A stretch of 64,000 nucleotides of DNA from Tubulanus polymorphus. Lineage: Eukaryota > Animalia > Nemertea. The DNA lies in contig NC_134030.1 of NCBI RefSeq assembly GCF_964204645.1, positions 3,948,778 to 4,012,777 on the forward strand, written 5' to 3'. Both the position numbers and the translations under genes were made by a program. Under the pieces are notes generated by a model. It was not told the origin of the DNA, searched no databases, and saw only the letters and a list, made by a program, of their open reading frames with translations. How positions within the stretch are numbered: position 1 is the first letter of the stretch; each line of letters begins with the position of its first letter. This document shows, piece by piece, positions 34,101 to 49,000 of this stretch.

Positions 34101-37100
34101 ATCAGCCCCTTCACTCGCCATCACCCGGGCAACAACATCAGCCCACGCACGTCTGCAGATCGGCACTTCTTGAAACTCAGTTTTCCCTTCCTCCTTCGTC
34201 GATCTGCAGGTCACGCAGTGTTAAATATCTGTCAACACTCCTTGAACCAGTGGGCGTGCAGTCCTTCCTTACTTTTATTTTGAAAAATATAAAAATAAAA
34301 AACCAGACCTTTATTTAATCATTGTTTTTATGGAGTTTTTACGGTTTCTCCAAAAAAATCTAAAATGATACAAATATAAAAAAATTCATGATCATTTCAT
34401 CAATTTTTTTATTTTTTGGATTAAAAGAAATTTTTTTCCATCATCTCCCATTCTCATTCATATACATTTTAAATCATTTATTTATTTATTTTTTTGACTG
34501 TACGTCCCACTGTGTTCCATACCATTTTTGCAACACCTTATTCATTAAGGTCCATTTTGCTTCTCACGATACTGAAGCATTTACCATTTTTGCATTTCCT
34601 CTTGCAAAACCTTATTAACTATGGTTCATTTTGCTTCTCATAATGCTGAAGCATTTACCATCCTCGCATTACCTCTTACAACACCTTATTAACTAAGGTT
34701 CATTGTGCTTCTCATGATGCTGAAGCATTTACCATCCTTGCATTACCTCTTACAACACCTTATTAACTAAGGTTCATTTTGCTTCTCATGATGCTGAAGC
34801 ATTTACCATCCTTGCGTTACCTCTTACAACACCTTATTAACTAAGGTTCATTGTGCTTCTCATGATGCTGAAGTATTTACCATTTTTGCATGGTCTTTCT
34901 TATGAGTCATCTATTCTAACGCTATGGTCAGCCGTTGCAAAATCTCTTTCGGGATAAGCAGGGAATCAATTCCTATAATAACTCCTATGGAGTTTGAAAA
35001 AGGTGGATTTTTCAAATCAAAAGGAACAGCATTCACATGTGATTCCTTATCGAACTAGGAAGGTGGAGAAGGAATAGCTATGTTTCACACATAATGCGTT
35101 TCCTTATGAAGCTGTAAATAATGTGGAGAAGGAACAGCTATGTTTCACATAATGCGATTCCTTAGGAAACTACATTGAAACAGATTGTTCAATGTTCCAT
35201 GTTGCCCCTCCCCACAAATACTATGACGTTTATACGTCAATTGTAAAACCATTATATCGTTATTAACATACTTGTTTTTCTAATTACAGAATTAAAGATT
35301 AATTTAATATGACATGAAAACTTGAATGATTGAAATGTTAATATCTAATGCTCAACAACGCATGAAAATCCTTCACATGTGAGCGGAAGGATTGAAAATG
35401 TTTACTCAGGAAGGAAAAGGAATATATATTTATATACGTGAGATTGCCTGGATTAAAAATTGCACAAGAAAGGAAACCACAGCAAAGACTACGGTAATCA
35501 ATTTCATCACATTTCTAAGGTGCGAAAGTTCACTGGATCAGTGATCAATCCATGAATTTATGAGTTCTTAATTGAACATGGAAAATCTGCAAAAATGCAA
35601 TGATAAAGAATCTTGGATAAAAAAAGAATAAAATAAAGATCTTGGATTAGAGATTTAGTCGTAATCACTTCAGTGATCAGGTTTTATTGATTGATATTGA
35701 TCTCTACTTATTCTAACGATCACCAGGATGATGATTTGAGTTTAAGATTCTTGTTAGATTAATCTGCATCTCTTGTTGAAATCAATAAGGCATATGAGAG
35801 AGGAGGTCTGAGATATGAGAGAGGCAGTTGGGGAGGTATGAGAGTGGAGGTTCAGGAGAGTGGAGGTTCAGGAGAGAGGAGGTTCAGGGAATATGAAAGT
35901 TTATGGAGATATAGTAGAGAGTGTATGGAAGTATGATAGAGGAGTTTAAGGAGATATCATAGAGGAGATTGTCTTAAAGGAAAAATTGTTAAGTTCATAA
36001 CAATCGAGCAACTCGGTAATAGACACCGCTCTGATAAAGTAACGTCTTCTGGTCCTCGATTGCGGTCTGAATTGCAAGAATTGTGTTAAGCAATTTAAAT
36101 ATGGTTGATAAAGCGTGGAATTGTTTCCATGTAGGCATGCAATGCACAAAACACACATCAGATTAAGGCTGTTGAGAGGGAATTATCAATAGATTTAAGA
36201 AATCGACGATGAATTTGGTTTCAAGAGGTTGATCATTCATATGGCAGTTAATCAGATCAGGTTCTCAGGCACTTCCTTGGTCCCCAAAAACTGCATAAGT
36301 TGTATCAAAGTATGTGATATAACCTACTAATTTATTACATGAAAAGAGGCTACTTGTAGTTTCTCAGCCACTTCGCAATTATTGTTGCAAAGAGGTCCCA
36401 AAATCCGACCAGCACCACCAATAGATTTCTACAGAACAGTTAGTGTTGTAATTTTTGTGGTTCCAGTTTTTTTTTCACTGTCCGAGATAATAGAAAATTC
36501 CTAAATTTTGAGTCCTTCAGTGCTGAAATTCCATTTTATCACAAATTTTAAGTTTCCTAATCTTAACTTTGCAAAAATTTGAACTTTTCCTATTCTATTT
36601 CTTGTCAAAGATTTCATTCCAGTTCTCAAAATTATTTGCAGTTTTTTAATGTCTGCGAAATATCGTCAGTTATTTTCCTGGTTTCATATTTATTATTGCC
36701 CAAAATCATATCTCATATGAATTATTATTACTATTATTGGATTTTTTTCGCTGATTGATTATAGATCTTTTGGGGTTTGGTTTGATATTATGATTGATCA
36801 AGGTGATCCATCTAAAACTGTTTTATAAATTTTGAAATATTCATATTTGAAAACAATTTCGTTGATACTTCTAAACTAGTAATTCTACAAAAATTCTAAA
36901 AACAATTTTCCACGTATCTTACGACTATTCTAGAAATGAGAATTATATCAATTTTAATGTAACTATTTTATCTGAATTTTTAATCTATTAAAGTAACTAT
37001 TTTATATCTGAATTTTGAAATACCTATGATATCTAAAAACTATTTATCTGAATTTTAATCTATTAAGGTAACTATTTTATATCTGAATTTTAGAATACCT

Positions 37101-39721
37101 ATGATATCGAAAAACTATTTTATCTGAATATTATACTATTTAATTTGTGTGTATTTTATCTCAAAGTATCTTTAAACTATTTTATTTGTATGTATATAAA
37201 AAAAATATTTCATTTGTATATATTTTAAAACTATTTAATTTGTACATATTCTTTTAGAACTATGTTTTTTTTGTATTATAATACTAGCTAAAAGTTCAAT
37301 TTGATGAAATATTTTATATTTGACTATCACTGTGTATATTCTAACCTCAGTGATTTCATGAATGGAATAACTGAAGGTCCAGGTTTTATCACCGAATACT
37401 CTTTGACACAATTACGTGGTCCACAACACAGATATAAATAGTGGTTATATAAAAGGCCCGTGTTGTATATAATGCACGCATAAAGAGCTTTTACTCATAG
37501 TTGATATAGGCTCAGTAAACATGACATGTGTTCGAGAACTTTTTCTCGTACTTTTTTTACCTTTTTTCTTGAGAATTTTTTTTTTCAATTTTCTATTTTA
37601 CAACGGAAGATCTACTCATTTTTCGTAGATGTTTCACTATCATGGAATGCGATAAATAATAAGAAACAGTCCAAGTGTATTTTTGATAGGATATTTTCAG
37701 CTTCCCGACGTATGAAATTGACATAGGTTATTCAAGCCTAGGTCCAGAAAATCACTACTAGGTGGCATGTCAGATTATTACCGTAGTTCAATTACATCAA
37801 ATGAATATGATAACATAACCAATTGTAGTACGACCAGTAACAACAAACTTAATTTTCCTGCACAAGATACAGAAAGTAGTAAAAGTCAAATACTATTTCT
37901 GAATTAGAATTTCCTCTAGCCTAAATGCTAGTGGTCATGTTATCATTTTTATCCAACGTCATCTCGGCTTTTTCAAAACTCGTCTTTGAACGTAATGATA
38001 ATCTATAGTATTTTTGGAAATGATATAAATCAATGCAAATTTGATGTCATCATAACAAAATATGTCGCTGAAAACATCATATGAAAAATACACTCCGATT
38101 GTTTTTTTAAAAATTTATTTCGTTCCATACTAAACCGTACTCAGCTCCACAGTTTGATTCGGATACAAGACTTACAAGAATTTAGATACATAAAATTACA
38201 TAACTGTTGAACTGGGTTTTGTTAAGTTGTGAGCATGACGTTTATAATTCACTAGTGTGTTTGTTTCAAGTTAGCCTTATTTTAAATTAGTTAGTTTTGG
38301 TTTAGTTATTTGTATCAATTTTTGCTGTTTTGAATTTAATTCGTTCCAGTTGATTAAAGTCTAGTTTAGTTTAAGTTTTAGTTAGTTTAGGTCAAGTTGA
38401 TTTACTCAATGCAGTTAACTTAAAACCTCTGATAAACTGAGGGTCAATTTATCTTATGATAAGTTACACTCAGGTACATTAATCAATAATCCCGTTTAAG
38501 ATCTCATTATTTTATGCAGTTTAGAGACTTTAGAGACTGAGGGTAAATTCATCATTGTTGTAATTACTCTCAGGATCATCATTTAAAAACTGAATGAACT
38601 GAGGGTAAATTCATCATTGTTGAAATTACTCTCAGAATCATCATTAAAACAATGAATGAACTGAGGGTAAATTCATCATTGTTGAAATTACTCTCAGGAT
38701 CATCATTAAAACAATGAATGAACTGAGGGTAAATTCATCATTGTTGAAATTACTCTCAGCATCATCATTAAAACAATGAATGAACTGAGGGTAAATTCAT
38801 CATTGTTGAAATTACTCTCAGGATCATCATAAAAAACAATGAATGAACTGAGGGTAAATTTATCATGGTTGAAATTACTCTCAGGATCATCATTAAAACA
38901 ATGAATCAACTGAGGGTAAATTCATCATTGTTGAAATTACCCTCATGATCATCATAAAAACAATGAATGAACTGAGGGTAAATTCATCATTGTTGAAATT
39001 ACTCTCAGGATCATCATAAAAACAATGAATGAACTGAGGGTAAATTTATCATGGTTGAAATTACTCTCAGGATCATCATTAAAACAATGAATGAACTGAG
39101 GGTAAATTTATCATGGTTGAAATTACTCTCGGGATCATCATTAAAACAATGAATGAACTGAGGGTAAATTCATCATTGTTGAAATTGCTCTCAGTTCATT
39201 GAAAATATTTTAGCGTTAACACCAGTTTTAATTACCCCTCCCCCTGTTTTCTTGTTAATTGATAGTTACATCACAAGTTATAGAATAGATGATTGGGTTT
39301 TTTTGGGACCTAAGTGTGTTCACTTTTTATCTGTAATTTGTCTGTTTTGGAAGCGCTTCAATGGATTGTCTTGAGATTTTGGTTTATGCACATATCTACC
39401 CTAGACACGCATCTGCAGCCCAAAACTCACAGAGAATCAAGATAGCTGACTGGTAGCCATCATGGGAATAGAATTATATACAATGTTTTCATCTTTTTTG
39501 GTACCTACGCATTTTACTGCAATCAATTGCGAATTTCTAGCATTGGTTTTTGTTGTGTTTACCAAGGGCATTGAATATTGAAATTGTCAGATTCTCAAGC
39601 ATTGCACAGAGTGGGCATGGTGTCCCTGCATCCTTTGTTTTTTTATTTTCTCACCGCTTTCAAGGTTCTCGTACACATTTCATGCAGCTTTTTCATTCAA
39701 TATCGATGTCATCCTCACTTG

Positions 39722-40050
39722 CCAGGTTTTAATTGTCATCTGCCGAAGCCCATGCCAACACGATCCTTGGCCGCAAACTCTTCATTGGTCTCTTACATTG
39801 CTCAAGATTTCCTGGTTAGACAGGTTACCACTGAGCGGCCACCAGTCTATGTATTAAGTGAATCGGATGCGTTGTTTTTAGCCGGCAGTCTTGCAGCCGG
39901 CATCTGATTGACTGGATATATAGACTGGTGGCCGCTTAGCAGCAACCTGTCGACCCGAGAGATCTTGGACAAAACATAATGGTCCAATGAAGGGTTTGCG
40001 TGCAGGGTTTGTGTAAGCGTGAGTGCCGGTGGGCGGCAATAAAACCCTGG
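39722..40050. repeat. Long inverted repeat, unit 2 copy
   Basis: Same as 8884-9210 with a few substitutions and a 2-nt insertion in the right arm. Confidence 0.9.
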
Positions 40051-43000
40051 TGATTGAGGATGTATCGATGTACATATCAACGCATAAATAGGCCAACATT
40101 ATAGGCGGCATTATTATTGGGAGGTTCACCTGGCCTAATATACTGCGCGGTAAAAAAAACACTTTCTGTGGTTGTGTAGTACCAGTAATTGATGATCATC
40201 GAGTGAGTGATTGGCCTGGCCCAGTTATTCCAATTGGAAATCACTTTGGTTTTGATTATGATTGGTATAAAATATTTCATCAAATCGATTGACACATTTT
40301 ATCCGTACTAACACTACTTGTACATATTGTAAAGTTGTAAATAGCTTTTTATTTATATTTCTTTTATTTTATTATTTTATATTTTCTTTTATTTTATATT
40401 ATATTTCTTTTTATATTTTTAATTGATTTCAATTTCTAATTGTAAATATTTTTTAGATATCCTTTTAACTTTGGATTTTTAATGATTATTTAAACTTTTT
40501 AAAAGTAATTTTAAAACTTTTTAATTTTCTTAATATCATAATATCTATACATCGAATAGGACTATTTTAGTGAAAATTTTGATATAGATTTAATTGATGA
40601 TTAATATTTTTAATTTCATTGAATAATTTTAGTATTCAAAACAACAGAATGAATGCATTCCATCTTAGTTTGATACTGATATTTCTTTTCACTGGTTTTT
40701 CATTGACTCATGTCGAATCTATTGTTTTAGCCACATTTGTACCTATAAGTTTGGATTAGCCCTGCCTCCTTGACATTGCTGATGGTTGATTTCAGATTTT
40801 CAGCGTCTGATTACATTTGGTATTAATTCAATGCTACGTTCTGTTTTGTTGGTTTTATTTCATATGAACATTTTTAAAGATGACCTTTGTCGAATACTTA
40901 GTAGTGCAGAGGTTAAAATAATTATAGAATTTTATAGAATTGTCTAAAATACTGTACCTAGTAACATATGAGTAGTGTTGCTAGTGTACCTCTATTTACA
41001 AGTTGTCCGTGGTACGATGTAAAACTGCCTCTTTTAAACAATACGTTTTAGCAATACATTTTATCAGTGATTTTTATCTGTTTGTCCTGTGGTATGACGT
41101 TAAACTGCCTCTTTTTAACAGTTTTAGTCATTTTTTATCGTTTTTACCCATATGTTTTATTGTTTTTACCCATATGTTTTATCATTTTTATCACCCCTTC
41201 TTTTTCTACCTGTCTCTATTCTATCCCTTTCTGTCTCTATCCTATCCCTCTCTGTCTCTATCCTTTCCCTCTCTGTCTCTATCCTTTCCCTCTCTCTATC
41301 CTTTCCCTCTTCTATCTAACCCACTAACTCTCTCTTCTTCTCTCTCTAACCCACTAACTCTCTCCTCTCCTTTCTTCCTCTCACCACTCTCCTTCCTACT
41401 CCCCCTCTCTCTCTTCTCTCTCCCTCCTCACTCTCCTTTATCTCTCTTTCTTTTCTCTCTCTCCCTCTCTCTCTTGTAAATATTGTAAATTTGTAAATAG
41501 TAGTATTTATTTCTCTTTTTGTATCTTTCTTGTAAATATTGTACATTTGTAAATAGTGGTTTTTATTTCTCCTTTTTTAACTTTCTTGTAAATATTGTAC
41601 ATTTGTAAATAGTAGTTTTTATTTCTCTCTCTCTTTTTTAACTTTCTTGTATATGTTGTAAATTTGTAAATATTAGTTTTTATTTCTTTTTTTTAACTTT
41701 CTTGTAAATTTGTAAATAGTAGTTTTTATTTCTCTTTCTTTTCTAAACTGTCTCTTTTAAACAATACGTTTTATCAATAGATTTTATCAGCGATTTTTAT
41801 CTGTTTTGTCCTGTGGTATGACGTTAAACTGCCTCTTTTAAACATACGTTTTATCAATACATTTTATCAGTAATTTTTAAATACATTCGTAGCATTGATA
41901 CCATTGCAATACATTAGTCCCTCCTCCTTTTGATTAAGTACACCCAATCATTTACTAACAAGTGATGGTTAAATACACTTGCAAACTAGCAGATCAGAGA
42001 TCTCAGGACGCAACATCACTTCAATCCTTATTTCTTGACATATACCTGGTAATATAAAATGCTCTTTTTAGCTTGTGACAAAATGTCTTTGATATAAGAA
42101 GCTACTATTTGCTTAACTAGAATCTTCTTTCAAATATTATAATATCACTGGTTTGCAATATACTTAACCCTCATTGGTCGCAGCTGTTACAATCATCTCA
42201 ACAACGATTGAGCATACTTTCCCCTTATTAGTTTGAAGTATAATTCCCCCTCACTGGTTGCAGTTCACTTCATTTGTTGCAGCTATGAACAATCATCTCA
42301 ATGATTGAGCATACTTTCTCCTCATTAGTTTGAGGTATAATTCCCCCTCACTGGTTGCAGTTCACCTCATTTGTTGCAGCTATGAACAATCATCTCAATG
42401 ATTGAGCATACTTTCTCCGCATTAGTTTGAGGTATAATTCCCCCTCACTGGTTGCAGTTCACTTAAGTTGTTGCAGCTATGAACAATCATCTCAATGATT
42501 GAGCATACTTTCCCCTTATTAGTTTGAAGTATAATTCCCCCTCACTGGTTGCAATTCACTTTAGTTGTTGCAGCTATGAACAATCATCTCAATGATTGAG
42601 CATACTTTCCCCTTATTAGTTTGAAGTATAATTCCCCCTCACTGGTTGCAGTTCACTTCATTTGTTGCAGCTATGAACAATCATGTCAATGATTGAGCAT
42701 ACTTTCTCCTCACTGGTTTGAAGTATAATTCCCCCTCACTGGTTGCAGTTCACCTCATTTGTTGCAGCTATGAACAATCATCTCAATGATTGAGCATACT
42801 TTCTCCTCATTAGTTTGAGGTATAATTCCCCCTCACTGGTTGCAGTTCACCTCATTTGTTGCAGCTATGAACAATCATCTCAATGATTGAGCATACTTTC
42901 TCCTCATTAGTTTGAGGTATAATTCCCCCTCACTGGTTGCAGTTCACTTTATTTGTTGCAGCTATGAACAATCATCTCAATGATTGAGCATACTTTCTCC

Positions 43001-46000
43001 TCACCGGTTTGCAGTATAATTCCCCCTCACTGGTTGCAGGTCACTTTATTTGTTGCAGCTATGAACAATCATCTCAATGATTGAGCATACTTTCTCCTTA
43101 TTAGTTCGCAATATTATTCCCCCTCACTGGTTGCAGTTCACTTTATTGGTTGCAGCTATGAACAATCATCTCGGCATACTTTCCCCTCGCTGGTTCATTG
43201 GTTGCAGTTTTCAACTTTGGTTTGATGATGATGAATGTTGGTTCTGTAAACAGCTCTACGCGAGCAGTTGTCAAAATTTTGAAGTCTTTGCCAGACATGG
43301 GTTTCATCTCTCTAAGAAAAAGCTAAAAGGGTTTCGATTAGAATACAGCACCTAATATTAAAAGTCTAGAAAAGACTGATTTACATTTGTAAAAACGCTG
43401 TGAAAGGTGTATCGCTAGATTTCTCACATGACTCCTCTCTCTCCTCTGACAAATAAGTAAGACACAAATCTTTTGTTGACTGCCGAATCAATTGATAGTA
43501 GTGAAAGTTTAGTGTTCAGAAACAATGAAAGTGTGAAGTTGAGTTTTAAACGTTATGTTAGGTAGGTGTACATGCCTCCTCTCTCTCTCTCTCTCGCCTC
43601 TCCTCTCTCATAAACAATTAAATAAGACACTCAATTGTTTGTATACATTTAGTTTTTTGCTGTGGTTTTCTCAATAGAAAAGTTTGAACTGCTCATTGAT
43701 TGCAGCTCATTTCAAACTATGATAAAAGTGAGGTAAAAGTGGGTGAATTACTGCTAAATCAATTGGTAGTGATGAAAGTTAAGTGTTAAAAACACTGTGA
43801 GTGAATTAATTACTGCTTAATCAATTAGTAGTGATGAAAGTTAAGTGTTAAAAACACTCTGGGTGAATTACTGCTAAATCCATTGGTGGTGATGGAAATT
43901 AAGTGTTACAAAACACTGTGGCTAAATTACTGCTAAATCAACCTGACCTTCTTGAATTGTCAAGTAGAACTGTGAGGTACAAGGAATTGGCAGTGACTTA
44001 CAACACTGATAGCTGCCTTATTCAAATACTGCTCGTTGCTGCTGTGTGTTTTTGATTTAGAGGTGATATTGAGAATTGTATCTCTTTCCCTTACCTTCGC
44101 GTATTACTACATTAAACATTATTACAATAGAATTATTACATTAAACATTATAACATCATGAATCATTACATAATTACATTATCAAATTACACCGATGACC
44201 TCCTTTAATACGGCTGTTTGCTGGTGGTGTTAATTGATACACTTCGTTTTGGGGTGATATTGAGTGCAGGAGTCTCCTCCTTCCTTCTTCAACTGTCATG
44301 TAGAAACGTGACAAACAAACTGAATTGTCAGTGTGTTACAACACTGACGACCTCCTTTAATACTGCTGCTTGCTGCTGGGTGTTAATTCTTTGATTTAGA
44401 GGTGATATTGAGAATTGTATCTCTTTCCCTTACCTTCTTGAATTATTACATTAAACATTATTACAATAGAATTATTACATTAAACATTATAACATCATGA
44501 ATCATTACATAATTACATTATTAAATTACACCGATGACCTCCTTTAATACTGCTGCTTGCTGCTGGGTGTTAATTGATACACTTCGCTTTGGGGTGATAT
44601 TGAGCGCAGGAGTCTCCTCCTTCCTCCTTCAACTGTCATGTAGAAACGTGACAAACGGACTGAATTGTCAGTGTGTTACATCACTGATGACCTCCTTTAA
44701 TACGGCTGTTTGCTGGTGGTGTTAATTGATACACTCTGTTTTGGGGTGATAATGAGTTAAGGAGTCTCCTCCTTCCTTCTTCAACTGTCATGTAGAAACG
44801 TGACAAAAGAACTGAATTATCAGTGTGTTACAACACTGATGACCTCCTTTAATTTTAAATTTGAATTCTAAATTATTCAAAAGAGCTATCCATTGATAGC
44901 TTTGTGGTGGTTGTATCATTAAAATGGCGCTGGTGTTGGGTCTGTGTACATATTGTATCATATGTCGGTGAATTGGGATTGATTATTTTGTTTCCTGATC
45001 GTCCTTATTGCGACTTTACGTTTTAAATGTATGAATATTCAAAAGAGCTATCCATTGATAGCTTTGTGGTGGTTGCATCTTTGAAATGTCGTTGGTGTTG
45101 GTTCTGTGTACATATTGTATCATATGTCGCTGAATTATGATTGATTATTTTGTTTCCTGATCGTCCTTATTGCGACTTTACGTTTTAAATGTATAAATAT
45201 TCAAAGGAGCTATCCATTGATAGCTTTGTGGTGGTTGTATCTTTGAAATGTCGCTGGTGTTGGTTCTCTATATATTGAATCATATGTCGCTGAATTATGA
45301 TTGTTTCTGCTTCCCGATTGTCCTCATTAGGACTTAATGTTTAGAATTTGAAAATATTGAAAAGAGTTATCCATTGATAGCTTTGTGGTGGTTGTATCTT
45401 TCAAATGTCGCTGGTGTTGGTTCAGTGTATATATTTTAATATATGTCAGTGAACTGGGATTGATTAAAAATTTGTTTCCTGATCGACCTATAACGACTTA
45501 ATGTTTTAAATGTATAAATATTCAAAAGAGCTATCCATTGATAGCTTTGTGGTGGTTTGCATCTTTGAAATGTCGCTGGTGTTGGTTCTGTATATATTGA
45601 ATCATATGTCGCTGAATTATGATTGATTCTGTTTCCTGATCGTCCTTATAACGATTTAAAGTTTTGAATGTATAAATATTCAAAGCAGCTATCCATCGAT
45701 AGCTTTGTGGTGGTTGTATCATTGAAATGTCGCTGGTGTTGGTTCTGTGTACATATTGTATCATATGTAGCTGAATTTTGATTGATTCTTTTTCCTGATC
45801 ATCCTTATAATGACTTAAGGTTTTAAATGTATAAATACTCAAATCAGCTATCCATCGATAGCTTTGTGGTGGTTGTATCATTGAAATGTCGCTGGTGTTG
45901 GTTCTGTATATATTCTAATATATGTCGGTGAATTGGGATTGATTATTTTGTTTCCTGATCGTCCTTATTGCGACTTTACGTTTTAAATGTATGAATATTC

Positions 46001-49000
46001 AAAAGAGCTATCCATTGATAGCTTTGTGGTGGTTGTATCATCGAAATGTCGCTGGTGTTGGTTCTGTGTACATATTGTATCGTATGTCGCTGAATTATGA
46101 TTGATTCTGTTTCCTGATCGTCCTTATAACGACTTAAAGTTTTAAATGTATAAATATTCAAAGCAGCTATCCATCGATAGCTTTGTGGTGGTTGTATCAT
46201 TGAAATGTCGCTGGTGTTGGTTCTGTATATATTCTAATATATGTCGGTGAATTGGGATTGATTATTTTGTTTCCTGATCGTCCTTATTGCGACTTTACGT
46301 TTTAAATGTATGAATATTCAAAAGAGCTATCCATTGATAGCTTTGTGGTGGTTGTATCATTGAAATGTCGCTGGTGTTGGTTCTGTGTACATATTGTATC
46401 GTATGTCGCTGAATTATGATTGATTCTGTTTCCTGAACGTCCTTATAACGACTTAAAGTTTTAAATGTATAAATATTCAAAGCAGCTATCCATCGATAGC
46501 TTTGTGGTGGTTGTATCTTTGAAATGTCGCTGGTGTTGGTTCAATGTATATATTGTAAAATATGTCGGTGAATTGGGATTGATTGTTATGTTTCCTGATC
46601 GTCCTTATTGCGACTTTACGTTTTAAATGAATAGATATTCAAAAGAGCTATCCATTGATAGCTTTGTCGTGGTTGCATCTTTGAAATGTCGTTGGTGTTG
46701 GTTCTGTGTACATATTGTATCATATGTCGCTGAATTACGATTGATTCTGCTTCCCGAATGTCCTCATTACGACTAAACGTTTAGATTGTAAAAATATTCA
46801 GAAGAGCTATCCATTGATAGCTTTGTGGTGGTTGAATCTTTGAAATATCTTTGGTGTTGGTTCTGTGTATATATGGTATCAGCAAATTATCATTACATAC
46901 GGAGTTGCGTTTTAAGATTGTTATATTCAAAGATGCTATTGTTTGATAGCTTAACTTTGGTTCTTTGCACCTGAAGGTTGTCAGGTGTTATTAGAAAACA
47001 CTAATAGTGGGGTTGAATTAAGTTACTGCTTTCATTAGGCAGTCAAAGAAATTGTCCAAAAAGACCAATGGAGTTAAATAACATTGCTGCGTTATATCAT
47101 GACTCAACTCATCTTCGTCGCTGACTGAGTGACCCTTTTTCTCTTGCAGAGGCCACCTTGTTCTACCGCAAGAATTCTGGTCCACGCTAACAAAGCTGAA
47201 TATCGTTCCAGTCTTTGGGATGACAATTATCAGCTGGATTCTCCTTTTCTGGATACATGTTAACTGATATTCAATTTTTATCATTTTCTTCTTGCAAAAG
47301 TTCTTAATCAATATATAGGTGTAAAAGAATAATAGGTATGACAGAGTATAAAATAATACTAGATATAAAAGAATGATGTAAAATAATTATAATGTCCTTT
47401 GAACTTTACATGTCAACTAAACAGTATGGGAAATACTGCTGCCTGTTAATTACTACATTCTGTTTTAAGGGTGATGATTAAAATTTGGATGAATCATTAC
47501 TTTGTTCAGTATATGCGTTAGATAGCCCTTGAAGCAGCTAAACTGGGTCAGAGTGTTTTATCAATGCTGATAAACTCTAAACCTGAGTTAATAAAGCTTC
47601 AAAACATTGCAGCCAATTCTTTAAAAGTCTTGTCCATTATAGACTTAAAAGTGAAGATCGATCATCATAAACACCGGTGAAAACAATTGACGTCTCACTT
47701 AGCACCTGACGTCTCACTTTGCATCTGACGTCTCACTTTGCACCTGATGTCTCACTTTGCACTGATGCATCCATGCGCTAATGCACTTGCATGAAATGGC
47801 ACTAAATACATAAAGACACACAGATTGCGTTTATGTATATTTCAGGGTATACACATGCACACCCGCGGGTCCATGTAGCGTGCTATCTTTCTTTGTTCGT
47901 GTGTGGAAATAATTTGTGATAAGATTAAACACCCATTTTGTAGAGAAAAATGTGAAAGGTTAATGATTAATTGTAAAAGTGGTAGAAATTAAATGTGAAA
48001 ATATCAATGTCTGAAATAATATAGTGAAGATTATGTCACAGTGATTATAGAGAGATTGTAGTGTCAGATCAACCAGATCAGTTGTACTGAGTTATCTCCC
48101 TCAAAGTCAGGAGCAACGTGACAAAGAGTCACAGTGAAAGTTAACAGTTCCAGAGGAACATCGAGTCATGAGTCTGAACTGACTTTAAATCAGGTATGAT
48201 ATTGAAATTGTATAAATCAATTTTCAAAGTCTCAAAATTGAAAATTATTCATATTTTGTGTTTTCTTGTAGCAAATATTGAGAGGTCCAAAGAACTGAGT
48301 CACCAGAGATGAGACAATCACCAGCCATCCGTTAGATGAATGTCGCCACTGAGATCAGTGGTACTGATTCATCTCCGTCAAAGTCAGCAAAAAAGTTACA
48401 GTCGCAAAGGAAAGTTAACAGTTCCAGAGGAACGTCGAGTCATTAGTCTGAACTGACTATAAATCAGGTATGATATTGAAATTATAGGGATCAATTTTCA
48501 ATGTCTCAAAATTAAGAATTATTCATGTTTTGTGTTTTCTTGTAGCAAATATTGACGAATTAAGTGTCACCAGAGATGAGACAATCACCAGGCATCAGTT
48601 AGATGAATGTCACCACTCAGATCAGTAGTAGTGAGTAATCTCCGTCAAAGTAGGGAACAAAGTTACCGAGTCACGAGGAAAGTTAACAGTTCCAACGGAA
48701 CGTCGAGTCATTAGTCTGAACTGACTATAAATCAGGTATGTTAAGATACAGATAACATTGATTTCTTGTTTTAGGAAAAGTCCCAAACATTATGATGGTT
48801 TGTTACATGTTTTCTTATAGCAAATCGTTAGACACGCAATACCAGAGGAATGATCAGTCATTGAACAGACTATAAGTCAGTCATAAAAATGAAAATTACT
48901 CATATTTTTGTTTTCTTGTAGCAAATGTGGAAAGGTTTACCACAGAACTGATTGTCACCAGAGATGAGACAATCACCGGGCATCAGTTAGATAATCGTCA

